From assembly GCA_964016885.1 (NCBI GenBank), contig OZ024753.1, positions 8,246,001 to 8,310,000 of the forward strand: 64,000 bases of DNA, given 5' to 3'. Below the pieces are notes generated by a model, which had not been told where the DNA came from, ran no database searches, and worked only from the letters and a program-made list of their open reading frames with translations. The position numbers and the translations under genes were made by a program. This DNA is from Eledone cirrhosa (Eukaryota). Each line of letters starts with the position of its first letter. The stretch's first letter is position 1. Of this stretch, positions 29,254-43,549 are shown piece by piece.

Positions 29254-29680
29254 TATATGTACATATAGTGGTCGTGTAGGCGCCATGGGAAAGAAGCACC
29301 CACCACTCACTGTAAAGGAGGTTGGTGTTAGGAAGGGTATCCTTCCTAACACCAAGCCAGAATCAGTTCCCTTATGAGCAAGACAAGGTCAGCCGACTGG
29401 GCACTCCCCCATAACAGGACAACCTATCTAACCCATGCTATATATATATATATATAATCTGTATGTATATACACACTCATTTTTATATGTAACTTGCTTT
29501 ATGCCTGCTAAAGTACATATTTAGATATACATCTCTCTCTCTCTCTCGCTCTCTCTCTCTCTATATATATATACATACACACACATGTATATGTATATCT
29601 ATCTATATATACACACAAATGTATATGTATATCTATCTATATATATATATTTACACATATATATATTTATACATACACAC

Positions 29681-29721
<41 letters not shown>

Positions 29722-30119
29722 TATATATACATACAAGCACACATGTATGCATATGCATGTACGTCTGTGTAAATATATTGTTTTCTTTCCTCTGGGGTCA
29801 ATAAAATCTGGTACTAGTGAAAATACCAGAAGTAATTTATTCAAGTGCAGCTCAAGTCTTCCAGGGTATCTTAAAAGAAGAGACTGCAGCTGTGAATCTC
29901 CAATGAATAATCATGTTTTAAGGATAGCTGAGGGTGCAATGCCTAATAGCCATTGTATGATTGGAAGTAAGAATGAAAAGTGGGTATTATTTACTTTGCA
30001 AGACAAAATGGTTGAACAATACCATACAATTCTTTTGTAAGGATACGTGGTGGATTAGTAGCATCTGGCAAAATGCTGTGTGGTATTTGTTCTGGCTCTT
30101 TATATTTAAGATTAACTAC

Positions 30120-30602
30120 CATAGTAATCTGTAAATGGCTTTCCACTTTATATGGTTTAAGTTATTATTTGATAGTCTGTTGTATTAATTATGTATAATG
30201 CAATGGTGGTCCATTGGCAGTATTGGTAGAGTATCAGACAACATGCTCTGTGGCATATTGTTATATCCCTTTATGTTCTGAGTTCAAATCTAGCTGAGGC
30301 TAGTTTTGCCGTTTATCCTTAGCAAGTCAATAAAATAAAGTACCAGTAATATACTTGGGTTGTTTAATCGACCCCCCCCCCCCCCAAAAAAAAAACCGTT
30401 TGGCCTTGCGCCTAAATCAGAAACTGTTAATTCTTTCTCTCTACTTACCAGGGTCAGGCTGTCAGCTCTAGTGGGGTATGTAAACTAATGGATTACCAGA
30501 GAGGCCCTGAAATAACTAAATCCTAGGAGTGGGGTCATCAGTTAATATGACCTAGGGGTTGGGTCATTAATTGATATGTCCTAGGGTCTGGAACATGAGT
30601 TA
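30120..30602 (-). repeat. Inverted duplicate of 15426-15796 (its SINE B, 30205-30426, is less deleted)
   Basis: Direct comparison; exon-like block at 30449-30506. Confidence 0.85.
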
Positions 30603-31518
30603 CCAGGATCAGGCTCTCATGCTTTGTGACATAGTTATGTCCCTTTATGCTCTGACATCAAATCCTATTGCAGTTATGTTTGCCTTTCATCTTTTCAAAA
30701 TCAATGAAATAAAAATACCCAGCTCAAAATAATCAATTTTTTCCCCATCTACCAAATTGCTGGCCTTGTTAAAACTAATACTTACCAAGATATATGGTAC
30801 ATCCATCTTTGTATGCTATAGAAAATGTTATGTACTCTAGAAAGCAACATGTGTATTATGTATTATACAAATTGACTAGAAGTAAACATATATTTTGTTG
30901 GTGGAAAAAAAAGTCTCAAAAACCAGATCAAGAATCATAACGCCATGATTTTGATTCATATTTAGATCAATCATTACTCTACAGCAGCCGATGTCTGACT
31001 CTTTTATTTGTGGTTGAATGCTTTGCAGATTTATATTTAGAAAATTATTTCTCTCTGAAAATTTTTTCATGTGTGTATATATTTACCTTTGTATATATGT
31101 ATATTATCATAGTCTTTGAATTGGCAAAGTCGTTAGAACTTTGGATAGAATGCTTCGCAGTATTCTTTTCAGCTCTCTGCTCTCTCAGTTCAAATCCCAC
31201 CAAAGTAAACATTGCTTTTCATCCATTCAAGGTCAATAAAAAAAACGTACCAGTTTAGTACTGGCGTCATTTCTTCCTTTATTTCACTTCCTTCCTTACA
31301 CTCACTATCTTTCTCTAGACAAAATCTGCTATATTCAGACTTGGAGAGGAGATGGACTCTGCCAGATTTTTATCAATACAACACCCCGATGATTTCTCTA
31401 GGGGGTCACAGGTCTATACATACATGTATATATATACACACTGATGCATGTGTGCTTATGTTAAAAGTTCTGAATGTGCATTCTGACCGAAGAGTCATTT
31501 TAGACATTTTTATCCAGA

Positions 31519-31879
31519 CATCATCATCATCATCATTTCATTTTTACGTCCGCTTTTCCCTGCTTGCAAGGGTGGGACGGGAACTGATTCTGACTTGATT
31601 TCTACAGCTGGATGCCCTTCCTAACACTAACCTCATTTACAGTGAGTGCTGGGTGATTTTTTTGCCGTGGCACCTCCACGGCCACTTTGCAGTGTGGGCT
31701 GGGTGCTTTTTTGCCGTGGCACCTCCACGACCACTTTGCATTTCTACAGCTGAGTAAACTGGAGCAATGTGAAATAAAGTGTTTTGCTCAAGGAAACAAC
31801 ACATCACCCGGTCTGAGAATTGAACTCACAACCTTTCGATTGCAAGGCCAATGCTCTAACCACTAAGCCATGTGCCTCC
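31519..31879 (-). mobile_element. SINE family A copy with an internal ~50-bp duplication
   Basis: Family A motif; GCTGGGTG.TTTTTTGCCGTGGCACCTCCACG.CCACTTTGCA occurs twice. Confidence 0.9.
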
Positions 31880-31934
31880 ACACATTTAGATAAAGTTTAT
31901 ACTATAGAAGAAGTATGCTCTATTTCTGATTTTG

Positions 31935-33215
31935 TGATGGCACAGGAAGAGTTGGAAGAATATCAATGGCCATGTCAAGAGACATTTTAACTATTAACAC
32001 ACAACAACAGTATGTGTGTTTAGAATATAGCTGGTGATTCAAACTATATGTGTGTATGGTTGTATGTGTGAATGTGCACAAAAAGAAGGGTTTTTTGAAG
32101 ATCCTCTTCCCACATTGAGTCTTTACCTTGTCTTGCTTTGACCCCGTCATCTCTTGATAGAATCATAGGGACTCTGTTGTGATCCTAGGTCATACAAGCT
32201 TGGTGGAGCCTCTCACTTTCCTTATCTAACCACACCTGATTTCTTTGGGAAAGAGAAAAAAAGTAAGAATGTGAGAGAAGAATCAATTTAGTCATTAGAT
32301 TCATGTTATTTATTCCTCTGGAGAAGTTGAAAAGTAAACTTTTCCTTGGTGAGATTTGAACTCAGAGCATAAAAAGCAGGAATAGATACTGCAAATCATA
32401 TTATAACCAACACTCTAATGACTCTGCTAATTCACCTCCTTAAGTGATTAAATCTGTCTATGAATAAATGAACCAGATGTACATTTAATAGATAATCTAA
32501 TAGTATCAATAATGATTTTTATAATTAGTGATTCTTTTCAAAAAGAAATGGTTAATGATATATTTTGTAACGAGTCTATAGAAAATAACACATCTTGTAA
32601 AACTAAATTATGTATAATTATTATCAGTTTCATTGTTTTATTTTCTATGTTTTGTCAGGGTTGAATACCGCTATTGTATGGAATAACACCATTATTTATA
32701 ATCTTGCATTGTTTTATCTATTAAGCTAAATAGTTTCATATTTAAACTCCTTACGTTCTCTCTCTGTTTCTTGCTTTTTCTCAGGCAGCCTTATCTTCCA
32801 TTTTTACTATATTATACTGTTTTACTATAGTTGAAGTATACTCTATAGAATAAATACATTATTAGGACTGGAGCATCATGTAAAACTATCAGGATACACT
32901 CTTAATATATTCCTAGCAATAACATCTGTTTATTTCCTTTAACCTTCTTGCTACAAACCCATCAAAAACTTCCTCTGTTTCTCCAAAGAAACACACATAT
33001 TTTGAAGGGTTGCTATTTAAATTAAGACCTTGCAAGCTAATTTGATATCAAATTAGATTGTGATGGTGCATGAAAAGTTGAAGAGATATCAATGGCCGTA
33101 TCAAAAGATATTTTAACTATTAACACTCAACAACAGTATGTGTGTTTGGAATATAGCTGGTGTTTTGGATTATATATGTGTATAGATGGATGAATGAATG
33201 TGCACAATAAGAACT
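31935..33215 (+). repeat. Diverged ~150-bp direct repeat pair (~31935-32087 and ~33060-33213)
   Basis: Shared TATCAATGGCC...ATTTTAACTATTAACAC.CAACAACAGTATGTGTGTTT.GAATATAGCTGGTG...GAATGTGCACAA. Confidence 0.8.
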
Positions 33216-35375
33216 GAAATGAATGCCTGCAAGATTTCACAGCTCTAGCATCACTCCTTCATAGTCAGCCTATGACGTTTTCAGCCGACCTTCATAGTGA
33301 CTCAAGACTATGGTAAAAGATACTTGCCCAAAGAACCACTATATGGTGGGATTGAAGCTGGAACCTCAGTTGTGAAGGAAACTTTTTAACACTAGCTGAG
33401 TGATTTGCTCCATATAGAGTGAAAGAAAACAACTCTTCATTGCTGCATCCTCAACCTGATTCAATTAATCAATATAAGATTCGTTTGAATTGATTTAGTA
33501 ATGAAACCATCTTTCTGATAGAGAAGAGGAAATAACAGACTTCTTCATAAGTCCTTCAACAAAACATTAAAGGTTTGAATATTGTATAATATCTACAAAG
33601 TGTTATTATGTGCTATTTGTGAAGATTAACACCAGTGAAAGCCAGGCAAAAGATGTAATGTAATCTATAGGAAGATCTTCTCGAAAGCTGTACAGTAATA
33701 ACATATTAATATGAAGGTAAAGAAATGGAGATGGGAGAGAGAGAGAAAAAACACAGAAAGAAAGCTGTCTTATATTATTTTCAAATCTCTCGCACCAGTT
33801 TGGTTAACTAATAGCTTTTCCATTGATTCTAGAAGGCAAATCCTGTTGGCTAGAATACATTGATGCCAACGTTGTTGCTTTTGAAACATACTTTCCAGCC
33901 TGAAACACTTCCAGGAATGAAGAGTTTTTCACTGTTCAGTCAAGCGTGAAAATTCTGACAAAAATTTTGAATTGGATTTATGAATAATTATATTCATAAA
34001 AAAATGAAAACTAATAATAATTTAACAATTTATAGGTTTTTAATAGCTCCACATTTTTTTTTAACTTTTATTTTTTTATTTTATTTTATTTTTTTTTTGT
34101 TTCTTTAGAATTTTTGGTAGGAATCTAAGAGTAGACTCTAATCTAAAATCAATAAATTTCTCTTTAGAAATTTTTGCAATTCTTTTTAGTTACAGTTTGA
34201 CTTAATTTTACCATTAATGTGCTTTATTTCATTCTTCTCTTACACTAATACACCCATTTCACAGAAAGTATTTAAAAGTTTCCCCATTAGATCTAAAGCC
34301 TAAATGCCTGAAAAAAAAATAAATAAAAAAAAAAAATAAATAAATAAAATAAATAAAGTAAAAAAAAAATGGTTTTTCATTGAGAGGAAACAGAAATTTG
34401 AAATTCTGTCACATTCGTTTTGGCTTGGAACAGAGAATTTTTATTTTTAAGGAAATACGTTTATATTTAATAATGAATCTTTTACACATAGGTTGATAAA
34501 ATATCAAAAACATATATAACTAGAGAAAAAGGATGCAAATTAAAGTCTCTCTTACGTTGTAAAAGACCAAAAGGAGATTAAAGAATGGTTGGTTTGGGAT
34601 CTTTTAGATTTCTGTGGTTGAATAATTTAGTTTGTAAACAAACCAGTAAAAAGTTTTAAATTAGAAATTTAAGTATTTAAACTTCTTGATAGGAACTTTA
34701 AGAATTTTGGCTGACATCAAAGAACTTTAATTAAAGTAATCATTTTTGTGGCAATTAGATTACCATCCTGAAAAATTTAGTTCTTTCTTGATTGTGTTGT
34801 GGAAACTGCATTTGTTGATGCTGTAATCATATACTTTGGTTAGTAACTTTAACTAATATTGTAAGAGTGAGCAATCTTTAAGCTCTGTAATGCATAATTA
34901 TAGAGAAAAGTATTATCTTGATTCCTCAAGAAATTATCTTCTATTATATCTTGTGTCATTTCAAAGAACTTTTGTCTCTATGAAGACAAACTATGTAATT
35001 AAACATAGTTTAGAAAATTATCTATTTCAAAAATTACATTATAATCAGGAATTATATCTATGTATCTGAGAAAATATTTCATTATATATATAATATATGT
35101 GTGTTTCTTTGTATGTATATGTGTGTGTGTATGTATATATTTGTGTGTGTATGTATATATGTGTGTGCGCATACATATGTATGTCTATCTCTATCCATCT
35201 ATCTATCTATTTATATCTATATCTATATATCTATTTATATCTATACACATACCCTAACTATATTTCCTTATTTTATTTTTATATATCTCTTGCATTACTT
35301 TTATTTATATATTTTTTTGCCCGTTAAACTTTTGCCTTTCTTGAGATTTTTTTAATATTTCACTGTTTTAAATTG

Positions 35376-35443
35376 CCTTGTCTGACGAATGAATGAGGAC
35401 GTTTCTTGTATTCATCTTATTCGGGAAACCTCTGGTAATGAGG
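35376..35443 (+). ncRNA. Type I hammerhead motif (family H)
   Basis: CCTTGT-CTGACGA-stem II (GAATGAG/CTTATTC)-GAAACC tct GGTA-ATGAGG; downstream sequence is homologous to the reverse complement of 5560-5650. Confidence 0.75.
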
Positions 35444-35555
35444 TAATTATATTGTATTGTTTATTATACATTATATTTAGCTCTGTAACTTACATAGAGC
35501 ACTCTTCACTCCTATGACTTTTTCAATTTTCAACGGAAACTTCAATACTTATATC

Positions 35556-35638
<83 letters not shown>

Positions 35639-35919
35639 AAAGCTAACTCTGGTGGAATTTGAACTGGGAATGTTGGCAGACTTGTGAAGCCTGATAATTA
35701 TTGGCTTATAGAGTTTTGTATGTTTGGAATGGGTTGGAGAATCAGCCATGTCAATTGTGAGTATTACTCTACTTCCTTTTGAACAAGAAAAGCATGTAGT
35801 TTTGCAGTTATCCTCTCTCTAATAAATGTGGTGAAAAAAGTGTTATATTGGAATACAGAGGAGACAGCTTCATTAAACTTCACATGTAAAGCAAAGTGTT
35901 AGTATGTAGAAAGAGGGGG

Positions 35920-35954
<35 letters not shown>

Positions 35955-36130
35955 TAGAAGTGGTATTTAATTTGTTGGAAGTCCGACAAACATAAATGTT
36001 TATAACTGATTTAGAGCATTCAACAAGTTACTGGAGCAAATATTCAATGATATTAAATACTATCCAGTGAATTTCCAACTGATAAGGTATGATTTTCATG
36101 GGTATGTCTCTATCTATAAAACAAACTTTG

Positions 36131-36195
36131 TATTTTATCTGAAGAAAGCGTACCAATGTTGTCTTGGTTACCCTTGAAATATATATAATAAAATA
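36131..36195 (+). ncRNA. Type I hammerhead motif (family C) in TA-flanked element ~35952-36240
   Basis: TATTTTAT-CTGAAGA-AAGCGTACCAA..TTGGTTACCCTT-GAAA-TATATAT-A-ATAAAATA. Confidence 0.75.
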
Positions 36196-36234
36196 AATAT
36201 GGTTTTATAAATATAGTTTCCATTTATTTAATAT

Positions 36235-36291
<57 letters not shown>

Positions 36292-36437
36292 CGTATTTAT
36301 TTACTGTTTCTTCATAGATGCCTTTTATTCTTATAGCGTGGTCTAATTGATTTTTTGTGTGGTTAATTATGCTAATTGGGAGTAGAGATGATGTATATAT
36401 ATTATCAAATAATTCTCTGGACATGCTTTACTCTATA

Positions 36438-36483
<46 letters not shown>

Positions 36484-36702
36484 TCCACGCTGTAATGTGG
36501 CCGTGTAGGTAACACGGTAAAAACCTCCCAGTCCACACTGTAAATGTGGTTGGTGTTAAGAAGGGCATCCAGCCGTAGAAAACCCGCCAGACAGTCCTAT
36601 ACGAGCAAGACAACCAATCTTGCCTCAAGTGGGAAAACTCCCGTCCAAACCCATGCAAGCATGGAATATGGACGTTAAACGATGATGATGATGATGATGT
36701 AG

Positions 36703-36937
36703 TAAAGTAATGTAAAGACCCCCCCCCCCCTTTGGTCTTGAATGACCATGAAATTTGCACCTAGAAAGTTCTCCTCTGATGCACAAATCCAGGCAATGTT
36801 GTTTGTGGAAGACCAGCAGTCACTCATGCATACCAGTCTCCCCTCTCCATGCCACTGATATTGTCCAAGAGAAAGGCTAAGGCCAATACAGCATGGCACC
36901 AGTGATGTCGCAACTCATTTCTACAGCTGAATGAACA
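36703..36937 (-). mobile_element. 3' part of another CORE-type SINE subfamily
   Basis: Ends in GTCGCAACTCATTTCTACAGCTG, joining the family A core to a different tail; GAGTTGCGAC also occurs at ~44537. Confidence 0.55.
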
Positions 36938-37007
36938 CCCTTGCAAGCAGGAAAAAGCAGATGTAAAATGATATATATATACATATATATATCCAATGGA
37001 TATATAT

Positions 37008-37349
37008 GGAGGCACATGGCTTAGTGGTTAGAGCATTGGCCTTGCAATCGAAAGGTTATGAGTTCAATTCTCAGACAGGGTGATGTGTTGTTTCCTTGAG
37101 CAAGACACTTTATTTCACATTGCTCCAGTTTACTCAGCTGTAGAAATGAGATGATAGGGACTAGGGTCCATATCATTCCACTGTATAGTGGTCGTGGAGG
37201 TGCCACGGCAAAAAAAGCACCCAGCACTCACTGTAAATGAGGTTGGTGTTAGGAAGGGCATCCAGCTGTAGAAATCAAGCCAGAATTAGTTCCCATCCCA
37301 CCCTTGCAAGCAGGGAAAAGTGGACGTAAAAATGATGATGATGATGATA
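37008..37349 (+). mobile_element. SINE family A, full length
   Basis: A box TGGCTTAGTGG; B box GAGTTCAATTC; CORE-like CCTTGAGCAAGACACTTTA; 3' module GGTGTTAGGAAGGGCATCCAGC...GGACGTAAAA(ATG)n. Confidence 0.92.
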
Positions 37350-37417
37350 TCCAAATGGAACCTGAACCAATAAGGTCTGGTTTCTGGGGTATGTCACTAT
37401 TTATAAAACAAATTTTT

Positions 37418-37479
37418 TATTTTATCTGATGATTGCGTACCAAAGTTTTTGGTGCTCTTGAAATATATATAATAAAATA
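37418..37479 (+). ncRNA. Type I hammerhead motif (family C) in element ~37351-37612
   Basis: TATTTTAT-CTGATGA-TTGCGTACCAAAG..TTTGGTGCTCTT-GAAA-TATATAT-A-ATAAAATA. Confidence 0.7.
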
Positions 37480-37638
37480 AATATGGTTTTATAAATATAG
37501 TTTCCATTTATTAATATCATTGATATTATACTCCAGGTAAATTGTTGAGTGCTTCAAATCTGTTATAAATAAATTTGGTGAATTACCAACAAATTAAATA
37601 TCTCTTTGCTTTTATATATATATATATATGTGTGTGTG

Positions 37639-37691
<53 letters not shown>

Positions 37692-37721
37692 GTGTATATA
37701 TATATATACACACACACACAC

Positions 37722-39205
37722 ATAGATTCGATAATATGTGAGATATTATGTGTGATAAAGACTTTACCATGAAAATACAATAGTATATATAGAGTAATGT
37801 AAATGTTATGTGAGATATTATGTGAGGTAAAGCCTTTACCATGAAAATATAATAGTATATATAGGGTAATGTGAATGTTTTGTGAGATATTATGAGGTAT
37901 TATGTGAGGTAAAGCCTTTACCATGAAAATATAATAGTATATATAGAGTAATGTGAATGTTATGTGAGATATTATGTGAGGTAAAGCCTTTACTGTGAAA
38001 ATACAATAGTATATATAGGGTAATGTGAATGTTATGTGAGATATTATGAGGTATTATGTGAGGTAAAGCCTTTACCATGAAAATATAATAGTATATATAG
38101 AGTAATGTGAATGTTATGTGAGATATTATGTGAGGTAAAGCCTTTACCATGAAAATACAATAGTATATATAGAGTAATGTGAATGTTATGTGAGATATTA
38201 TGTGAGGTAAAGCCTTTACCATGAAAATACAATAGTAAATATAGAGTAATGTAAATGTTATGTGAGATATTATGTGAGGTAAAGCCTTTACCATGAAAAT
38301 ACAATAGTATATATAGGGTAATGTGAATGTTATGTGAGATATTATGTGAGATAACGCCTTTACCATGAAAATACAATAGTATATATAGAGTAATGTGAAT
38401 GTTATGTGAGATATTATGTGAGGTAAAGCCTTTACCATGAAAATATAATAGTATATATAGAGTAATGTGAATGTTATGTGAGATATTATGTGAGATAACG
38501 CCTTTACCATGAAAATATAATAGTATATATAGGGTAATGTGAATGTTATGTGAGATATTATGTGAGATAACGCCTTTACCATGAAAATACAATAGTATAT
38601 ATAGAGTAATGTGAATGTTATGTGAGATATTATGTGAGGTAAAGCCTTTACCATGAAAATATAATAGTATATATAGGGTAATGTGAATGTTATGTGAGAT
38701 ATTATGTGAGATAACGCCTTTACCATGAAAATACAATAGTATATATTGAGTAATGTGAATGTTATGTGAGATATTATGTGAGGTAAAGCCTTTACCATGA
38801 AAATATAATAGTATATATAGAGTAATGTGAATGTTATGTGAGATATTATGTGAGGTAAAGCCTTTACCATGAAAATATAATAGTATATATAGAGTAATGT
38901 GAATGTTATGTGAGATATTATGTGAGATAACGCCTTTACCATGAAAATACAATAGTATATATAGAGTAATGTGAATGTTATGTGAGATATTATGTGAGGT
39001 AAAGCCTTTACCATGAAAATATAATAGTATATATAGAGTAATGTGAATGTTATGTGAGATATTATGTGAGATAACGCCTTTACCATGAAAATATAATAGT
39101 ATATATAGAGTAATGTGAATGTTATGTGAGATATTATGTGAGGTAAAGCCTTTACCATGAAAATATAATAGTATATATAGAGTAATGTGAATGTTAAAGG
39201 GTTAA
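37722..39205. repeat. 72-bp minisatellite (~20 copies) expanded from the subterminal region of the piggyBac-like MITE
   Basis: Unit matches ~9849-9917; array ends in the TIR-like ...AATGTTAAAGGG + TTAA at ~39205. Confidence 0.92.
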
Positions 39206-39351
39206 AGCTTCAATATGGTTTCTTACACATATTCAGAAATTACTGACTCAAGGATGAAATTTGGATACCTTTGATTTTAACTGTTTATTGAAGTATCAGG
39301 ACTACTGTTGGGTTTTTCTTATACTTCCATCATCTTCACTATTGATATTGT

Positions 39352-40280
39352 TAGTAGTAGTGGTGGTGGTAGTGGTGATGGTAGTGGTGGTGGTGGTGAT
39401 GGTGTGGTGGTGGTAGTGGTAGTGGTAGTGGTTGTGGTGGTGGTGGTGGTGGTGGTGGTAGTGGTTGTGGTGGTGGTGGTGGTGGTTGTGGTGGTGGTGG
39501 TGGTGGTTATGGTGGTGGTTGTGGTTGAGGTAGTGGTGGTGGTGGTGGTTGTGGTGATGGTTGTGGTGGTGGTTGTGGTGGTGGTAGTGGTTGTGGTGGT
39601 GTTGGTGGTGTTGCTGCTGGTAGTAGTGATGGTGGTGGTAGTGGTTGTGGTAGTGGTGGTGGTAGTGGTTGTGGCGGTGGTTGTGGTGGTGGTAGTGGTG
39701 GTGGTAGTGGTTGTAGAGGTGGTGGTGTTGGTGGTGCTGGTGGTGTTGCTGCTGGTAGTAGTGATGGTGGTGGCAGTTGTGGTGGTGGTAGTTATTGTGG
39801 TGGTGGTGGTGGTTGTGGTACTGGTGGTGCTGCTGCTGGTAGTAGTGATGGTGGTAGTAGTGGTTGTGGTGGTGGTGGTTGTGGTAGTCGTAGTAGTGGC
39901 AGCACTAGTAGTAATTATAGTAGTAGTAGCAGCAGCTGTAGTAGCAGCAGCAGTAGTAATAACAACAGCAGCAGTTGTAGCACTGGTAGTAGTAGTAGTA
40001 GCATCAGCAGTAGTAATAGCAGCAGAGTAGTAGTAGTAGCAGCAGCAGTAATAGCAGTAGAAGTAGCAGCAATAGTAGCAGCAGCAGTAGCAGCAGTAGT
40101 AGCAGCAGCAGTAGCAGCAGTAGTAGTAGCAATAGTAGTAGTAGCAGTAGCAGCAGTAATAGTAGCAATAGTAGCAGCAGCAGTAGCAGCAGTAGTAGTA
40201 GCAATAGTAGTAGTAGCAGTAGCAGCAGTAATAGTAGCAATAGTAGCAGTAGCAGCAGTAGTAGCAGCAAAAGTAGTAAT
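39352..40280. repeat. (GGT/GTA)n grading into (GCA/GTA)n trinucleotide tract
   Basis: Directly visible. Confidence 0.95.
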
Positions 40281-41025
40281 ATTCCATTTTTCATTGCATT
40301 TATATATTATCTGCTTTAAGAAGCAATTTTTATTCCTATATTGCTTCAAATATATAATTCTATTCCCCACCTCTCTGTATTTGATGGACATGTAACAAGT
40401 GAACCACCGAAGTTAACTCACGTTAGTTGGATTAGATAAGATGGAACCTTCATTGGCTACTTTCTGCTTCACTGATAACACAAGGAAATACTGAAAGACT
40501 TAGCAGTAAATTGAAAGGCACATAATTGTACAAAAAAGTTCTCACAACCATGAAAAATAGTTTTTGTCTTACCACAGATTTGTTCTGAATATAATCGATT
40601 TTTCTCCACCACTCCCTTCCTTGTGTGTGAGTGTGTTTGTGGGTGTGTGTATGTGGGTGTGTGTATGTGTGTGTTTGTGTGTGTTTGTGTGTGTGTTTGT
40701 GGAGGTGTGGATGTGTGTATGTGGGTGTATGTGGGTGTGTGTTTGTGGGTGTTTGTGTGTGCGTGTGTGTGTTTGTATGAGTGTGAGTGTGTGTGTTTGT
40801 GGGTGTGAGAGTGTATTTGCGTGCGGGTTTGTGTGTGTGTGTGCGTGTAGAGTCCCTCTGTGTGTGTGAGTGAGTGTCTGTGTGTGTGTATAAATAAATT
40901 TACATTCAATCTGACAAGTTTCTGTAAAATAGTAAATGTCTTTAAAATGATTTTACATTTTTTCAAAAGATATATCAGTTAACGTTAGTGGGTTAAACTT
41001 AATGTTCTCAGATATACTTGCTAAA

Positions 41026-41364
41026 ATCATCATCATCATCATTTTACGTCCACTTTTCCCTGCTTGCAAGGGTGGGATGGGAACTGATTCTGGCTTGATT
41101 TCTACAGCTGGATGCCCTTCCTAACACCAACCTCATTTACAGTGAGTGCTGGGTGCTTTTTTGCCGTGGCACCTCCACGACCACGTTACAGTGGAATAAT
41201 AGGGACCCCAGTTCCTATCATCTCATTTCTTCAGGTGAGTAAACTGGAGCAATGTGAAATAAAGTGTCTTGCTCAAGGAAATAACACATCACCCGGTCTG
41301 AGAATTGAATTGACAACCTTTTGATTGCAAGGCCAATGTTATAACCACTAAGCCATGTGCCTCC
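41026..41364 (-). mobile_element. SINE family A, full length
   Basis: Reverse complement of 37008-37349. Confidence 0.92.
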
Positions 41365-41666
41365 ATCCAATGTACGATACAAATAAAAAAACTAATGATG
41401 AATGCCTATATATGTCACATAAACCCCTAGTGATTTTTAAGGAAAAGAGATATGAATAGATTTTAAGGAAAAGAGATATGAAGCTCAAGGGCTTGTGAAA
41501 CTGGTGTTTATCTCCCTATTCAATTATTTTGAAAGGATAAGAAATAAATCATCCACTGTTTATATGTAAGGATCCTATTGAATATCAGTAGTAGTAAAGA
41601 AGGGGTGATATTAGTTTCATTTGTGTGATAAGACAGTAAGCATGCACATATATGTATATTAGGCTT

Positions 41667-41970
41667 GAACACAGAGGAGCCAAACTCCCACTGCCGTCGC
41701 CTCCATCTCTCTCACCCTCCCCTATCTCTCACATGTACACCAAGTCTGAACACAGAGGAGCCAAACTCCCACTTTCATTGCCTCCATCTCTCTCACCCTC
41801 CCCTATCTCTCACATGTACACCAGGACCGAACACAGAGGAGCCAAACTCCCACTTTCATTGCCTCCATCTCTCTCACCCTCCCCTATCTCTCACATGTAC
41901 ACCAAGTCTGAACACAGAGGAGCCAAACTCCCACTTTCATCACCTCCATCTCTCTCGCCCTCCCCATCAC
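41667..41970. repeat. ~81-bp tandem repeat, ~3.7 copies
   Basis: GAACACAGAGGAGCCAAACTCCCAC recurs four times. Confidence 0.95.
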
Positions 41971-43112
41971 ATACAATGGGCACATGCACTGGGCGTCACA
42001 TCAAGGAGGTGCCACTTGTACTAGAACCATTTTCTATTAAAGTCAAATTAGCCTCGTCAGAGAGTGAAAAAAAGAAACTCCTTCAGATGTATGATCTGTA
42101 TTTGTTTATCACGGGTGAGAAACACTATGGTGGCTGGGTCATTAAACCATTTATATCAATTATTACGCCCCTAGGTAAAAATACTGTGCTGGGCAGGGGC
42201 GCAATTTCACTGCTTGCCATAGGCACTATTATTCCTGTTTAAGCCTTGCTCCCACCTCAAACATGCAACTTCTAACAGTCAGCAGCAATATCCTACAAGG
42301 AAAGGAAAGGAAAGAAGTTTTCATCAGATTGACTTTCCGTCAGTTTTCTACATAAACATGAAATTTTGATGGTGATTCAATATCAAAATGGTGAGGCATA
42401 TTAATTTATTTTTAATTAGTTTATATCATCTAGAAAGGAAAAAAGCAAACTTAACTCTGATTAAATTGGAACACAAACAAAAAAAAATAAATGAGACTTC
42501 TTTTCTACCAACAATCTTATAATGTATTTAGGCTTGTGCTTCATCTTTTACACTAATTCTGACTCACCATTGTCATCATCACCACCACCACCATCATCAT
42601 TATCATTTTACGTGCACTTTTCCCTGCTTGCACTTTTCAATGATGATGATGATATCTGTAAAAGATAAACTGGAGACGCTGAATGAGATCAAAGTTAATT
42701 TTTCATAAAATTGATAATGTTGTTATGACATAGTTTAATTGGAGCTCTTTTGTGTTATGTGTATGCTGGAGAACTTTCTTCAATCTAACCCTGCTTGAAT
42801 TATCCCATGGAAGGTTTTATAAGAGAAAAAACAGACCAGGTATGGCACTGACTGGCTGAACGACTGAGTACATGAGTTAATGTTTGTGTGTATGAAACTT
42901 CATTTGAGTATGTGGTGTCTTTTTTTTATCAGTTAACAAACAAGCTGTGCTCATAAGTTTTTTGCACGCCCTCTGTGACTGGTGTGATTTATAGTTAGCT
43001 TCCATTATGGGGGTCGATAAAATACGGTACCAGTAATGCACTGAAGTCAATTTAATTGATTTTCCACTCCCTCAAAATTTCTGGCCTTGTGCCTAAATTA
43101 GAAAGCACTATT

Positions 43113-43537
43113 ATCACTTTTCTCTTTGGCCAATCCTTCATTAACATTTTCAGATTTCACTTGGAAAGGAAGGTGACGGTGGAGAGAGAAGTGCTGCCCC
43201 TCCCCCCAGTACATTTTTGCTGAAAGGTGAGTGAATGTGGCAAGAATGGCCCGTGTGAGGGGGGGGGGGCTTCTCTGATCATGTGTCTGTAGGCTGGTGA
43301 ATTTGAGGAGGAGAAGGGGGCCCTCAAAGCGTCGGTTAGTTCAGGATTGGTGGGGTATCTGAATCAACCCCGGGTGGTTATCACCCCCTCCCCCCTATTG
43401 GGGAATTTTCATTGTTGTATTTTTCTTGTTTATTGTTATTATTTTCCTACTTTTTTTTACTCAATTTTTTTTGGCGTAAAACTCCCACTGTAGTATTGTC
43501 CCCTATATGTCGGCCCTTGTGGCCTATAAATGAAATC
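43113..43537 (+). mobile_element. Decayed 3' end of a Tx1/L1-clade LINE
   Basis: ITFLFGQSFINIFRFHLERKVTVEREVL (frameshift in C-run) ..FAER*VNVARMARV resembles recalled Tx1 ORF2 termini. T-rich 3' UTR ends CCCTTGTGGCCTATAAATGAAA; a similar tail lies on - at ~25273-25350. Confidence 0.55.
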
Positions 43538-43549
43538 ATTATTATTATT

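Noticed and set aside
29770-30040. Non-repetitive part of the 151-aa ORF
   Set aside because: Begins in a decayed SINE B-like fragment; no recognisable domain or splice boundaries.
37008-37082. tRNA gene (also 44409-44482 and 46131-46205)
   Set aside because: A/B boxes are present, but the acceptor stem does not pair and the sequence runs into a SINE core; these are SINE heads.
37890-39158. 422-aa ORF with a 24-aa repeat
   Set aside because: 72-bp satellite derived from a MITE end.
39308-40391. Poly-Val / mucin-like poly-Thr ORFs
   Set aside because: Trinucleotide tract open in multiple frames; no signal peptide or convincing splice context. A mucin exon cannot be fully excluded without RNA data.
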